Source: Phoronis australis (lineage: Eukaryota > Animalia > Phoronida). From it: a DNA stretch of 64,000 bases. The notes below the pieces were generated by a model, which was not told where the DNA came from, did no database searches, and saw only the letters and a program-made list of their open reading frames with translations. Below are positions 28,701 to 43,700 of this stretch, in pieces. The stretch covers positions 197,561 to 261,560 of the forward strand of contig NMRA01000547.1 of NCBI GenBank assembly GCA_002633005.1, read 5' to 3'. A program made the translations under genes and the position numbers. The stretch's first letter is position 1; each line of letters begins with the position of its first letter.

Positions 28701-31700
28701 CAAAAAAGTGTACATAAGGTAATAAATCATCAACTGAAATCTTTGCATTTTATAAGAAAAAATACAAGTGAAGAAAACTTATAAAGTGACCATACATTAA
28801 TATGTCTAGTAAAACTTAATTATTTATCTCAGTTGTATCCAAAATCCAATTCAGTGGCATTGGAATGGCAGCATACAGCAAACGTGAGAGCAGATGATCT
28901 TGAGACCTGACATAACCACCTTGAGCCAAACATTTTACTTCATCACTCAACATCAATGCCTTTTTACACACACAAATCTAAACAGAGCCTTAATACTTTA
29001 TCTAGTAATGAAACAACAAATATTATTTTAAGTATGGGCTACTACCTCCTGTAGTCTTGGAGATGTTTGATCAAGTCTTCATCAGACAAGCGTGCACTCT
29101 CTTGGCGGTACATAGCAAACTCCTCATGGGTTGTGTCCACATCTTTGCCCCGGAAGACAGGCCTGAAATGGAACTCAAGGAATGTACTAGTCGACAGGAC
29201 TCTCAACCATTCAAGATACAGAACCCGGACAAACAAATCAATTCATTCCCTCTGAAAACGTTGATGACAAAAAAGCTGAATATGAACCATATTAGCCATC
29301 TCCACATTGTAAGAAAACCTCACGATTCAGAAAGTCTACAGAATACAAACTCACGTAACATACTTCGAAAATTTATTTAATGCATATGTTCAATGAATTT
29401 AATGGCTACACTACAAAAGATCAGATACCAAACACGAGCAACGTCGAGCGTTGAAATGCGCCCACGAATGCACTGAAAATGAGGTGCTTCTAGGGTTGTT
29501 AATTTGTATCCTAAAAATGGCCACTAGATGGCACAAAAACGCATGAAAACGGGAACATGCCAATTCTTTAATACAAAGCTATTTACCTAATTTCAAAAAA
29601 ATCTGTCAAGGAACTTCAGAGAAACAAAGGAAAACATAAAAAAATTAAACTGCCACTAGGGGGCACAGCGTTCATTGGATCTGCATGAAAGTCATGGTCG
29701 TCTGTTGTTAGCTTCATATCATATCTTAGTAAGAACACTTACTAAATTTAATAAACATCCTGCAGAGGATTGAGGAGATACAGTTATGGGCACAAAACAA
29801 AACAAAACAAAACTACCACTAGGAGGCGCCACAGTAGTCGCAGTCGTCATCGTCAACCGTCCTCTTCACATTGAGAACATGTACACCAATTTTCAAAATC
29901 ATCCTTAGAATGGTTTGGGTGATAGAGGGGTTGACCCCAAAAAACAGACTAGATAAGCCCAAATTGCCAATAGGTGGCGCAAAATACCTCGATTCCATCC
30001 AAAAACAGGATAGCGCTATCTCACCAATTGATGCCTAAATTCCAAATCTTAAGAAAATCCGTTGAGGACCTTTGAAGATACAGAAGTAACCGCAAAAAAC
30101 TAAAATTGCCACTAGGGAGCACATGGGTAGTTAGATCCGTCCAAAAGTCATCGTCCTCCATTCTCAACATCACATAAATACACTAGCTACATTCAGATCC
30201 TGCGAAACGGTATAGGAGATACAGCCATGGGCACACAAAAAAATGCCACTAGGAGGTGCCACAGTAGTCGAAGTCATCGGAAAATCATAAGCCATCCCCT
30301 TCATAGTACAAAAGGTGATTATAATTTCCTAGTTCCTCTTTAAAGCGCTTAAATAGACTCCTACACGAGTCTCAGGTTTATGACATGGGCAAAACCTCCT
30401 GGAAATTTCGTCAAAATTTTGACAAAATTTCCAAGAGGTTTTGCCCATGTCGTAAATCTTGAGACGAGAGTAGGATTTTTTCTCACATGAACTTTAAAAA
30501 TGACCTTTTTACCGAAAAACTCGACGTATCTAAATCTTTCAAAGCAACTGTTGTACAATGTAAAGCAGTTCAGTTACTTTTTGTAAATAGTTTTATTTTT
30601 AGCTTAACAGTATTGTAAATTCTATTCAGCTTTCGTAGCAAATAATATTCAAGTTAGAATCTAACAAACAGTCTTTGAATTTGTAATTTTAAAACTTAAC
30701 AAATGTTTATAACAGTCAGCAAGGCTTCCCTGCGATTGAGCACTACATTGAACTTGAGACAGCACAGTCAGACAGTCTCGCCACATTTCTTGAGTTGTGG
30801 CTCATCTCTGAATGAACGTGGATATGGAATTCGCCGCCCAAGATGGGTACGTTTAAGAAGTTGTTTGCATGCCCTTTTGACTGGGAGTACGTACATTTGC
30901 GACACCCGATTTGTCAATCATAACCTTGTCACTTTCTCGGAATTCCGGCATTGCTTGGCTGGCATGCGTTTGGTTGTTTTGGTGTTTTGCAAACGATAAA
31001 ATGTAAGGTGTATGGATTTCTACTTTGCACTACTTTGTGATTTGCCAATGTAATATCAAAAAAAATTATGTACTCCGTGTTATTAACTAGTCGTGTCGCA
31101 ACACATTCCAGGTCATGTGAGAAAATTTCAATATCCAACACGTTAGATATTAAGAAGTCAAGAAAAAGCAAAATTCAAGTCGATGATTTTTATAAAAAAA
31201 AATTCTTTTCGAAATGTTCTTTCCATAAAATGCCGTTGCGACTGCAGACTGCCATGTTATGTTATTCTAACTACGCGTACGAATACGCATGTCCCGCCAT
31301 GTAAGTAGACTTGTTAATGTGTAGTTCTTGTGCCAGTTATCACTCTCTCTGACTATTTATTCTTGTGCTGCCTTTTTCAAATGTCACTCCACAAACGTTT
31401 ATGGTGGAGAAACTTCCAATGTACATACAGTTATTTTCAACGGAATTTTGGTTGGACTTGGGGTGATATTGGCGTAAGTTATTTAATATTATTATTATAG
31501 TGATATTTAAAATGAGGGTGGCCTCTTCAGTGACAGCACTGCTTTCCAAGAGGGCCCTCAACAAGAAAAACAGTAATATAATAAGTAATAAAACAATGAA
31601 ATATACGCAACAAAGATACAGGTTGAGAATTAAGACAATAACTAAATGACGATGAATGGTAAAAATTTAACTAAGACAGATGAAATAAATTAAGAGATGA

Positions 31701-34700
31701 CTCTAGACAGTGAGAGTATTTACGACAACGAAAAAATGACATGATTAAGACAGGCAGGGTATAAAAGGTTACTATGTAAATTACAGCCACTTATTAATAT
31801 TTACTTTGAAGGTAGTAATTGAATTGGACCGTTTAACTTCTGGGCTAAGAGAATTCCATATTATAGCAGCTGCATAGACAAAAGATCTCATGTTTCTTGA
31901 TATAAAGTAGTTTATTTGCATTCATTAGCATTAGTTTTCCCCTGTTCTGTCAGGTAAATTTAACGTTTTGAACGCTTGCTATTAATGTATCCTCTTAGCC
32001 CATCGTTATTTTCTTGGGCGTTGTCCGGAGAATTGAATTGTTATATACATGATACAGCATTTTGTAACTTGTAAATTTGAACATAGTTTTTTGTTATACT
32101 TCAGTTTACCTACTACTTATTCTGCTGACAATAAAACAATAAAGCCCACAGAGCATGGATGGTTCTACAAACCCCTTGGTGCCACGACCTATGACACCCT
32201 CAACCCTCGATCACCTCAATAAGCGACCTACTCAATCTGCAGCAATAGTGATATCAGGTGCGATTTTTACACATTTTACAAGCTTTCACACGGCATATCA
32301 ACTTTCCCACAGAACTTACCGTGAACTCGCGAGTTAATGCCTTGGACACTTAAATTGGGAAAGCCTGAGACAGGGAGATTGGCGATTACCCAAGCAGTGG
32401 GCGCTTAAACTGAATACTGACAAAACTCGGGGGTGGGCGATTATCCAATTAGTGGCCGCTTACGTCCAAATTTTAGCCAAACTGTGCAAGGGCGCAGGTA
32501 TTCATTCGAGCATGGAATTTGTAAGTTTGGTCAATCAGCAGAACCCAACAACCACAAAGTTTCTCATGGTTCAAACAGAAACAGGGTGATTTTGTGAGAC
32601 CATTCCTAAAAACTCAGATGTTTTCAAACATATTAGCACGCTACAAAACTCCAATGGCAGTCCACTTACCGTATCAGCAAGTACTGTTTCCTCGAATAAA
32701 ACATGGACTATTCGTTCGCAGCGAGACCTTAACTTTGCAGTTGCAACAAAAGCGGGTGTGATTAATTACTCAATTCAAATTAGGGTCGACCCGGGATATA
32801 AATCATGCACATGCATACATAAGAGAGGAATAGCATACGTTTTTCAAACAATGTCAAATTCCTTTAAGAAACGTTAAAAGTTTGCACAGAAAGCGTTTTA
32901 TAGAAAGTTTGATCACAATATCCTGAGAAATGTAGGAGCTGAGCACAGAACAGTTCTTTCGCTACATACACAGCTGGACTCATCGACTCATGGACAGATG
33001 GATACTATGCAATTTTCTAACCAAATTTGAATTAAAAAAGGAATACAACGCAATTACTTTGGAAGAACTAATTACACCTGTAAAGAAAGTGATTTATATG
33101 ACTGCAACAGCTTTAAAATATTAGAAAATTATTGTTAACAGCTAAACTACATTCACAAGAAAAATTAATCTCATAAATTACATGCAATAGCATATAATGG
33201 CTATATGCCTACAGTAATCTGAGAAAAGCTGAGTGCCATTGAATAGGAACTACGACTCCACTCACACAGTGCCTACTTACCTTGCAGCCCAGGCAAAGGG
33301 CATTCTGCAGTGTCCAATGTGGGCACAATAAGTTTTCATCTGTTTGTGCACCTTCAGTGCTGCTTTGGGGTCAGGTGTTCGCATATAGGGTTCTGCACTT
33401 GCAGCCACGCCTGCCTGGAGCACCTTCTCCACCCGTGCTACAAGGTAGATCTCAGAGTGGGGATTACTCACTGAGAACAGTGCCTAGAAATGGAAAGCAT
33501 AATATCTATACAACTGTTGAGAAACATAATCTGGGACATGGCAGAGTCTAACATATATTTGTAGAAGGATTCAGAACATACCAAAAAGTTTTAAAATGTT
33601 CTTAAATTGGTGAAAAGTTCCACAACATTGTAACATACCATCAATATTCAGGCATGAGTACCTAGCATTCAGTTACGCAATAACCAATTACAGAATATTC
33701 AGTAGTTGAAGAGGGAGGCAATAATGAGTCAACAACAGAGACAGCAAGTGGTTGCAATAGAGTTACTCATTCAGTCAACAGGTGTGATAGTTCACCACAA
33801 GACGAGGCTTCACAGCACTGGCTAGAGTATTGGAACAAACGCTACATCAGACGCTTTGTCCGAGATCTGTACGTTCCGTCAAGATTTATTAACTCAAATT
33901 CGTCTAAGTCTAGTACCACACAGAAAGCTTTTAGCACCAGTCCGTGACAACCTGTACCCAACCATCCATAGGAAAAACACGACAGTAACGCTACGAACCT
34001 GTCTTTTGTCATTACAGCATGCAAAATTCCGCTAAACTGTAACACGCAACAAGGCATCAGAGTAAAGGTTTGTTTAATTTACTATCAACCTAAAAATTTT
34101 AGAAACAACTGTAAACCCTCAGGCAGAAAGAAAGACAGATGCAACAACATACAACAAAATACTACAATTGCCACTAGGGGACACACACATAATGGGCAGG
34201 TGTTGATTGAAACATATGTGTCCAGACATCAATGCCAACCCTGTAACAAATACTTCTTATTTTATGACAGTCCTTCATACATATGGTAGATATTGAAGCA
34301 CGTGCAAAAAAATAACTGCCACTGGATGGCATAAATGTACTCAACCATGTTCTCGTCAATAGGATGATTATCAAAAATGTTTGGCACTTGGCAACAGTAA
34401 GCTTGGCCTGAAACTTTAAGGGTAGCAGGAAGTCTCTTTGATAAGAACAATTGGCAAACTTCATATATAGCCAGTGAAAGACTGGTAGAAACCAGGGCTC
34501 GACGCTATTCAAATCGCCAGATCGCATTTTGCGACCTAGCCAAAATCCCAGGTCGCATTTTCAAAATCCAGCTCGCATTCATAAATGCCAGGTCGCAAAA
34601 ATTTCCCACCATTTTTACGTTCCAAAATCGATTTTTTAGATCACCGAGAAAATGTTTAGATTATGCTCTTACCTGCAGCGTTAAATACTGACAAGTTTCA

Positions 34701-37700
34701 GATCGCAAAATTGAGTTCGTTCATGCAGGTATGGTATTACTGTTCTTCATGACTGCAATTGAAAGGCCCTCAAGCGCAAGGCAAGTTGCCGACGTGAAAG
34801 TTGAATCAGTGCTCCCTAACTAACACGTGGATTCGAGTAGCTACATTTGCGATGTGAAAAGGGAGAAAATGCCCATTGAAAAAGTATCCGCGATTTTGCT
34901 AGGTCTGACCTTCTACTGGTTGTCATCAAAGTCGTTAAAGATCCAAACTAACTCGGAGTGCAAATTCCCGCCATGTTTTGTTCGCAACCCAAATTTTGCA
35001 ACTTAACCCGATGTTTGAAAAACATCTGACAAAAAAACCTGAAACGATGAACTAACCAAATGACGTATTTGGATGCGCGGGAACAATTCAGTGTAAATTT
35101 CATAACAAAAATGTGATACTTATGCTGTTTACGTACTCAACAATTCGTTTTGTATGAAATGAATAGCCTCGAAATAATTCCCGACTGCGTGCGGGATTCC
35201 ATAGCGTAATTCGAGTTTGCTCCTCAATACCTTCCAAGTACGGGGAAAATAGGTCAGTCACGAAACGACACGCATGTCACTAGTGTTAAGTTTCTTTCGC
35301 AGTTATGAAACAAAGCCGGGATTTGGTTTTTACATATTGAGAAAGATGTTTTTGAAAACTGAATTTGTAGTGTAAAGTGAGAGTGACACACTATATAGGC
35401 TGCGTGTCAATTTTAAATCAAGCGCGGTCGTTTCTCGTGCGCTATGATGGGCGCTAGCCTGAACCGTGGGCGCTTAATGGGAAATTCTCAAAGGTTGAGG
35501 GGGAACGCTTAGTAAATCAGTGACCGCTTATTATAAAACACTTCAAAGGTAGGGAGTAGGCTTGTGCGTGAGCATTGTCGTTAACCTGAGTGTTTGCGTT
35601 AATAAGATATTAAACGACTGCAATGGTAAGAAACGTCATATTACGATTTTGCGAGACAAACTCCATCGAGTATAGGGGTGACTTTCTGAATATCGTTACC
35701 ACCTACATTTCACCCTTTTTAGCCACCCGGAATAATTTTGTTTTTAATTGCCCGCTTCAGCCGGAACAAGATTGTTTCTATTGGAGTCTGAACATTTTAC
35801 GGCGACGGTGGCTCGGGGAGCCAAAACTTGCCGGGGGGGGGGTGTATGAAGAGAAGAATAAAAAATCGTTGACCACAATTTCACATCTAGTACCCGTTTA
35901 GTTACAACAGCTGGCTATGGGCATAGAATATAGGGTTTAGAGAACATCGACCTCGGGAAACATCATCACAGGAAATATCAGTTCTGGATTATATCGGTCC
36001 CAGGGAATATCGTAAAGCATCGGGTCTTTTATAACCGCCGGGAATCTATGAGTTCATTTTCAAATAAACCACTGGCATGTACCCGGGTGCTTAAAGGAGA
36101 ATGCCACCCAATTTAATTAGTCTTTTTTGCCGTCTTAATCGATTTATATCCACATCGCCTCGCATACGGTCGACATTACCTTGCCAAGAGGTGTTGCGTT
36201 AACCTGTGAGGAAGGTGAGAAACGATGCTAGCGACGTCAGTGGTTCATATGCAGAGTGAATGCCGCTATGTTATGGTGCATCGTTCCGGCTTGTCCGACC
36301 TAAGCAGCTGCGAGGAAAGCGGGTATATGTTTTTTTTTTGCTTCCTCGAGAATTCGAAATGCTTAGGAAGTGGCTCATGGTAGTGAAGAATGAAATGTAC
36401 GCTGTAAATAGCAAGTATGAGGCCATGAAACATTTCCATGTCTATGGCCTGCAGACGTCGACAGTGCCTGACGAATGCTGGCTTACCAAATAACTCCATA
36501 TGTTCCGTTCAGTGTCTGAGTTTGTTCACGGCGCCTCTCTAGTATTTCTTCATCACTGTATTCCTGTTTGAATTGATAGCCTGTAAAACTTAACGATCCA
36601 CTTGCGAAGTCGGAACTGATGAGCTCTAGCTCGTCCAAGTCGGCCCGGGGATTGCGAGATGCCATGTTGGCGTTTATTACTTAGCGTTCTGTTTCAAAAT
36701 GAATTATTCTCACCCTAACCAAACTGAAACAAAGTCTGTCTCATTAGATGCAATTTGTAATGCCTTTGGAGTGTTCGTGAGTGCAAATGATTTGAGAAGC
36801 CAGCAATAAATAAATCACTGTGTTACCAGCTTTAGCTGCAATACAACTAATTATGACGGGACACCGAGGCCGTGTGAGCTCATGCTAATTTAGTGTCTGC
36901 TGGCAGAAGCTGTTGTGAAACAACTCAATTTCCATCCCGCAGTCAGGTGTTAGGGGAATCTTTATTTACATTTACCTTCATAACGATTGTCAATGTACAA
37001 CTTCTGCCCTGACCGGCGGTGCAGTGGCCAAAAAGAACCTGAATTCGCGGCCCCCGACGAGTAAGTAGATTTGCAGTTTCGTGGCTAATTCGCCAACATA
37101 ATCACGTGCACATTACTTTGGCTCGCTAGTATAGTACTTTTTTGACTGGAAGTTTAGTTTCCACTGAACTTTGGCTGGTTTATGTTCGTGATGTCTGATC
37201 AGTTTCCGAGCCACTGGCCGGGATAACGAGTCAATCCGGCCGGCCGCGATGGGCCTGATCGGGCTCCGAGCCACTGGCCAGGATAACAAGCGTTTTGTGT
37301 TAAGAACTCAAAAAATCACAAGTCTAAACAACACAGATCTAGGTTCTCCTGTCTGTATCTCACGGAAAATACTTCGAAATTATCTCCAAACAGACCCCAA
37401 ACTCCTGCTACCGGACCTTAAAGACCTGCCGAACTTTGTAGGCTACGGTGTGTCCAAATACAACGACATAAAACAACACGTTTTTATAAGAACTCAGTGT
37501 ATTTTTAAGGATTTTACATCGCAGTTTGATGATTTATTGGTGTTAAACGATGTCTTCAAGCGATAAGCTAACACCAGTAACCCGTGTTGTGAACTGCTGA
37601 ACAGAGTGCGTGTGAAACCGATGACGTCACTGGATAATTTCAACACCTCTGTCTGCCGTCAGGTGTCATGTAACGCAACCGTACGTGTCGTTATGAAGTA

Positions 37701-40700
37701 GAACTACTCGATCTAAATTGATACAAATTAGGTTGTTTTTTGGGTGGCATGCTCCTTTAACAGAGCCAAGCCGGTATACTCTTTCATTTAGGACTGTAGC
37801 TGTTCTCTTTTGATTTGAAGCTTTGAAGTCCCCCCACTTAAATCGCTGGAGCAGGCCTACACTTTACATGCGCACACCCAGCCTAATATATAGGGGGCTC
37901 GAATTCTTCCATATGCGGACCTGTTACTGAAAAAAAATCAACGAGGACTAAAAATGGGGCAACGAGGTTCAAGCTTGCCAATCGTGCATCCGCGCCGAAT
38001 TCCTGTGGACTTTGTGGATTTTTGTCTCGTTTACTTAAGGGACTTTTTGTTTCACTGAGGCGAACTTTTTTGCCCAATTCGCCAAATGGGGGGCCCGTTG
38101 GAGCATTATTCACGCTGGCAGCAATGTGTGAAAATCAAATCATATTTCGCGCACGTAGCCCCAGAAACAAGTAATGCGGTTAGATAATTTCTTGGTAACT
38201 GAAAGTAAAGACGTGGCCGTCGTTTGGCGATTAATAGGCTTGTCATTCGGAGGTGCGCCGTCTGACGGGCAAAATCCTGGCTAATACTCTGCCCTGGCCC
38301 CCCCTAAATAAAAATCCTGGATCCGCCCCCGACTTTGGCTGTCATAGGCAATAAAAAACGAGACGCACATCTCTAAGTCACGATTTTCTGCCGGGACCGA
38401 TTGCGCGCTAACAACGGGACTGATCAGTGCCGCTGTGCCAGCAATATCAGGGATGTTGTCGTGGATATTTGGTACATGTAATGACATCTTGCGCAAAAAA
38501 TAAAACATATTTGTCCACCACAAAGTTTGATAAGTTGATCGCTTAAGAATTAGTGGAAACACTGCCGTGTTGTGACATTTTATCACGTGTTATGCAGTGG
38601 CCCGAAACTTTCTGGCTCGAATCCGGAAACTTGCAAAAGTTGCTTAAAGTGTTAGCAAATGAAACGCGTTAAAGATCGATTCTGCATATCCCATGTTCAC
38701 GCGACTTGCTGACATGTACAAGTCATCGGGAGGGCTGTTCTAGGTTGGCGTTCTTTTGAACTTTGATTTGGCAACAACCAAATAACGGTCGGATTAACAA
38801 GAGTTGCTTTATATTTGCTAGGCGTGCGTTCAGTAGACGCTAGGACCTATGCTAGGACCTAGCTAAAACCTAGTCAAAGTCACGTGTTCTCATTTAAAAT
38901 GCACGGCAATATCTCACGTAATCTCGTGAAGTCTTGCTTTTTAGCGAGGTCCTAGCATTACTGAACGGGAGGCAGGTTTCTTCCGAGAAGTGTAAAAACT
39001 CAGCTCGCATACGTTGGAAATTACAGGTAGCATTTAGCGACTTGATACGAGCTGACAAAAATCTCAGCTTGCATTTCCAAATTTCAGGTCACAAATGCGA
39101 CCTGCAGCTCGTTATGTCGAGCCCTGGAAACAGATGCACTACTCATCACAACAGCAATCGTATCTGTCCCAAAGTCATCCATTGTCCATCGTTAGCTTCA
39201 TAGAAATATACATGAAAATTTGTCGAAGATCTACAACAGTGATAAAGCAGCGGATGTCAAATGCCCCCAGATGATGGCAATATGCAACTACATGGGCGCA
39301 TAATGATACAACCACAACCTCACTCAGTATGTGTGTATGTGTGCGGGCATGCGTGTGCACATGTTTTGTATACGTTTCTATTATCAATACTTAGAAAGAC
39401 TCACTGCTTTGGGGAACATGAGCCAGTCCTCTTTTAGTCCCTTCAGAATTGGCCCAGTTGAAGACTTCCCATCAACAGAGTTCAACATATCATGAGCACG
39501 TAGCAGGTCAACCGGTATCATTCCTCGCACCTCTGCTTCATTGGGGTCATAGTGAAAATCTTCTGATATTTTCTGACCCAGTTTGGCATCATAAAGGGCA
39601 AGGCGGACAAAGAAAGGTTCTGGCTGAAAACAAAATAGTTAACAATCAGCCATCAATCAGATTTTAGACAGCAGGTTGATCACTGACCAAGAAATATTCA
39701 AATTTTAAGGGGATTCGGCACTTGCTTGAAACACTTTCTAGACATTTAAAGACTAACACTAACACTGGTTGAAAATGGCCAAAAGACAGAAATGTTACTA
39801 CATGTACTCTGTGTATGAAGTTGACAAGATAATGAATGAAGACCAAAGTATATTATATACGGTGATATCTCACCAATTTAGGATGCAATATGTCAGACAA
39901 GTGAAATTTTATTTTCTCATATTTTCCATGAAATATATGTAGCACCAAGTTAACAATTTTCAGTGTTCAACTTCTGTACCATAGCCATCATCTAATTATG
40001 TTTTGAGAAAACTGTGCTCATTTAGAACAATGTTCAACAATGTTAGAAGCACTCGAAAAATGAAAAAAATGGTGATTTTAATCATTATTTTTGTCTGAAA
40101 TTGCGGAGATTTTACTGCAGGCAATGGGATCGGAAAAAGCCAGATAGTATAAGTTAGCTCTATAATTGAAACACAGAGTATGCAACTTTTTTTAAAAAAC
40201 TGGTTAATGAATTAATAACAATTTATGCCAATAACTGAACTATAATGACCACAAATGGCAGCTCAGAAAATGATTATGCAATCATCTGTCCTTAGTAGTG
40301 TAGTGATTTCATGGCAGGAAAACAAGATGACAATACATTAGCAAGCTTCTCTGTTTTTCCATCTTCTGACACACTGGTTTGTAACTTCATAGTTAGCTTT
40401 CCACAATGCACAATAAGCCGAACACCAGAACGCTGCTTCAAGTGGAAATCATCTGCACTACTCTGGCAACTGTCTTTTGTCTGGGGAGTTCTCTACAAAA
40501 CAGAAAAGATAATGTTTGGGCTGAAATAAAAGACAGAATATGTACTTGGCTTTGCTGTGACTTTAAGGGTATGTCATTTTCTTTTTTGAAATGTGTCACG
40601 AACAAGCATGCCTAGTATTTTTTTACTCGAAATTGAACTCGAAATAATTTAAGATTTTTGTCTACTTTGGAATGAATGTAAGATAAGGGTCTGGTATTCT

Positions 40701-43700
40701 GTGCTTGAGTACAGTATGATTTACATTGATAACTGCATACTCATGTGTACTTGATGACTCCAGCGTTAAAGCTATAAGTTTGAGTCTGTACACAAAATCC
40801 CAAGCTTTTACTCAAAATCTTGAGTTTTTACCAAGTCTGTAGCTAAAATCTATGGGTCTTCAAGTGCAAATTCACAGCAGTTTGCGTATTCCATCATATA
40901 CTCCAGTACAGAATAACAAATAATTATCTCAAATTCGTGCTTAAGAGAACGGAAAATGACAAATGGATTTTCGATTTTGATTTCAAGTAAAAAGATTAGA
41001 TCCCAGGCCCCGAATTTCAAGTAAGACTTGTCATTATTGTCAAGACAAAGAGCACTTGATCTCAGTTATTATTGTTATAATAATTCAGTGCTCGTTAATC
41101 AGACCAAAAGGATGAAAGTTGCTAAACTTCGATCCTTCATGCCACCAACAACTTCCTTTGAGATAGTTCTGATAACATATTATTGCATTGGTACAGATAA
41201 ATCAGGGCTGTAGGAAGCAGGGGACCAGGGGGGGGCACGGGCCCCCAAAAAATTTTCAGGCATCAGGGTTAAACCGTGGCAACCGACGCGTGGGGCGGGG
41301 ACAGTCGATAAGAGAGAAAACTCAAGAGAACATTTTACATCTCTGTATCAGTGCATGGTTTACCTTTTGATGACCCTGGCCAGGACATTGTTGTTGGGGT
41401 CTCCGCTTTCTCAGCAAAGGTCGTCTAAATGCACTTGGAAACGTGCATGTAATGATTCATGCATATATTTCGAAAAATCAACAAAATTTGTAAAGCGGGG
41501 CTTTTGCGGAGCACATTAATTTACTGGATTTTTAAATTTAGTAAGTCAATTTTGCGACAACAAAACCATATTTTTCCAGAGGCCCCTCTCTGGCAAGAGA
41601 TAACGGAGACAGACACCTGTCGCTTTTTTTTCTCGAATTGTATATCCCTTGATAAAAATTGATGACTTGACAGATATCATCAATTGCTGCACATTTCTTG
41701 ATTTTTGAAAATATAGGTATTTTCACATAGAGGGGCCCCACGTCTGTAGGAGGCCATTGATGACATTCAAGTGACCACAGTTTTTATATTTCTATTGACA
41801 AATTCTTAAGGGTAAGCTTACGGAGAGAGGACCCAATGTTGGACTCGATTACGTCCATTTTCCTGTTTTTTTGTGAAATCGTGCAACCAACTTTCATGTT
41901 GAAGAAAGTCACTTCCTGCACCGTCATCTGACCACACGAGGGTGTAATGAACTGTCACTCTTTTCCAACCTTAATGATGTTTAGCTTTTCATTATTAAGT
42001 TGTCCCATTTCAGACGGTAGAGCAGTTCGGAGAAATGTCCCTTTGTCCCTCTTTACATGTAAATCTGACACTGCCAAGTATTCACCAGGGAAGTCGTGAT
42101 TCGAAATTCATCAAAAAATACATTTGTGCACAGCACAGCAGTATCAAGACATTCGACCAAAACAGCCAAAAATGTGAAAAAAATACAATAGGATTGACCA
42201 CCATCGAAAGGGAGCCAGGAATTTCAAAGAACGTGAAGACTGTTGTTTGTTAATTACACAAAAGGACGTACTACTTCCGATGGTTAGTTATAAATAATGC
42301 GACTGTTTCCCATTTTATCACTAGAATAGTATGTCTTTTGAAGATGGTTACAACGATTTGCTTGTAAGGAATTCCCACATGTGGAAAACACTGCTGTCGA
42401 GGCTTCCATTGGGGTGACCGTGTACATGTCGAATGAGTGTACCCAAATGCCCTTCTTCAGGCGTTGTTTCGCAGGGACCTTTATCAATTCAGCGTACATA
42501 TCTCTGTCGTAATCTGATGGCTGAAAATGCTTGCCACTGCTTTGTACGTTGCGTGAACGGGTAGCGCTGCGTTATTCACACGAACGAGCTAGCCAAGTAC
42601 GGCGAAGTCTATCATCCTTTGGAAAGTGATGCAAGGTACCCAAAGCGCGCGAGACGATAATGAGTACATCCTGGTACACAGCAACAGTGCGGCATGTTGA
42701 CTGACTCGTAAACAAAAGCAAACGACGACCGAACTTATCACATCCGAGGTAGAACAATGACTGACTTGACAGCTCTCAGTCTGACTGTATGAAAAGAAAT
42801 TGGCGCGAAATTCTTGCCTCCTAAAACGTCACTTCCGAAGTAGAGAACGAGAAATTAATTAAATTACGAAAAGCTGTAATTAAGTGAAAAATATGTCTGG
42901 GATAATCAACAGACCTTATTTTTGCTAAAAAAGACATGAAAAAAAGGCTGCCCTTGCCTTTAAAAATAAAGTGTAACCATGCAGTAGGCCTGCTTAGAAT
43001 CTCAGTTATTGAACCCCAGACGTTGATGTGTGTACATTTTTGGGACACAATCTGTATTATTTTCCCCAGCAACCAGAAAGTGGACTACCGCCTGTGTTTC
43101 ATCAAGGGATTCTGAAACGGCCACAAAGGCACTCATACCAGGCACCTCGGGACCTCACCTTTCCAAAAATTACTTCAAAGAATCCCCATAATAAAATGAA
43201 TTAAATTTTTCCGAAAATGGATCATAATAAAAGGAACCTTGACCTTCGACCCAGCTATAGTTACTTCAGGCAGCTCCCAGCCACCCGTCAGTGCGCTCGG
43301 GGCCTCGATGCATTCTTACTCTCCGTGAATCTTTGTTGGTTTTGGTTCACGGTTACTCAAATCCTGATGGCTGCATCCCCGGTATTACCCCCACCTATGG
43401 CGGACATGGGGGTGGGGTTCGGTACAAATATGGTGACATACAGAGAATGGGGAGGGGGCGTGACGATAACAAGGGGGTAGGTTGGCGAAGTCAAATTGGT
43501 TTGTGCACCCCTAATAATTTTTTCCTTCCTACGGGCCTGTAAATACAAAAGATGACATTATCACTTTGTGACACAGTCACTCATAGCTATCAATGCCAGA
43601 AGCACCTTTGCGGTATAAACTAAAGTCATGTGACTGCTACAAAAAAACGATTTTAGAATTAAAAAGTTGGATAATAGTCTTTCAACAATTACATTTTTCA

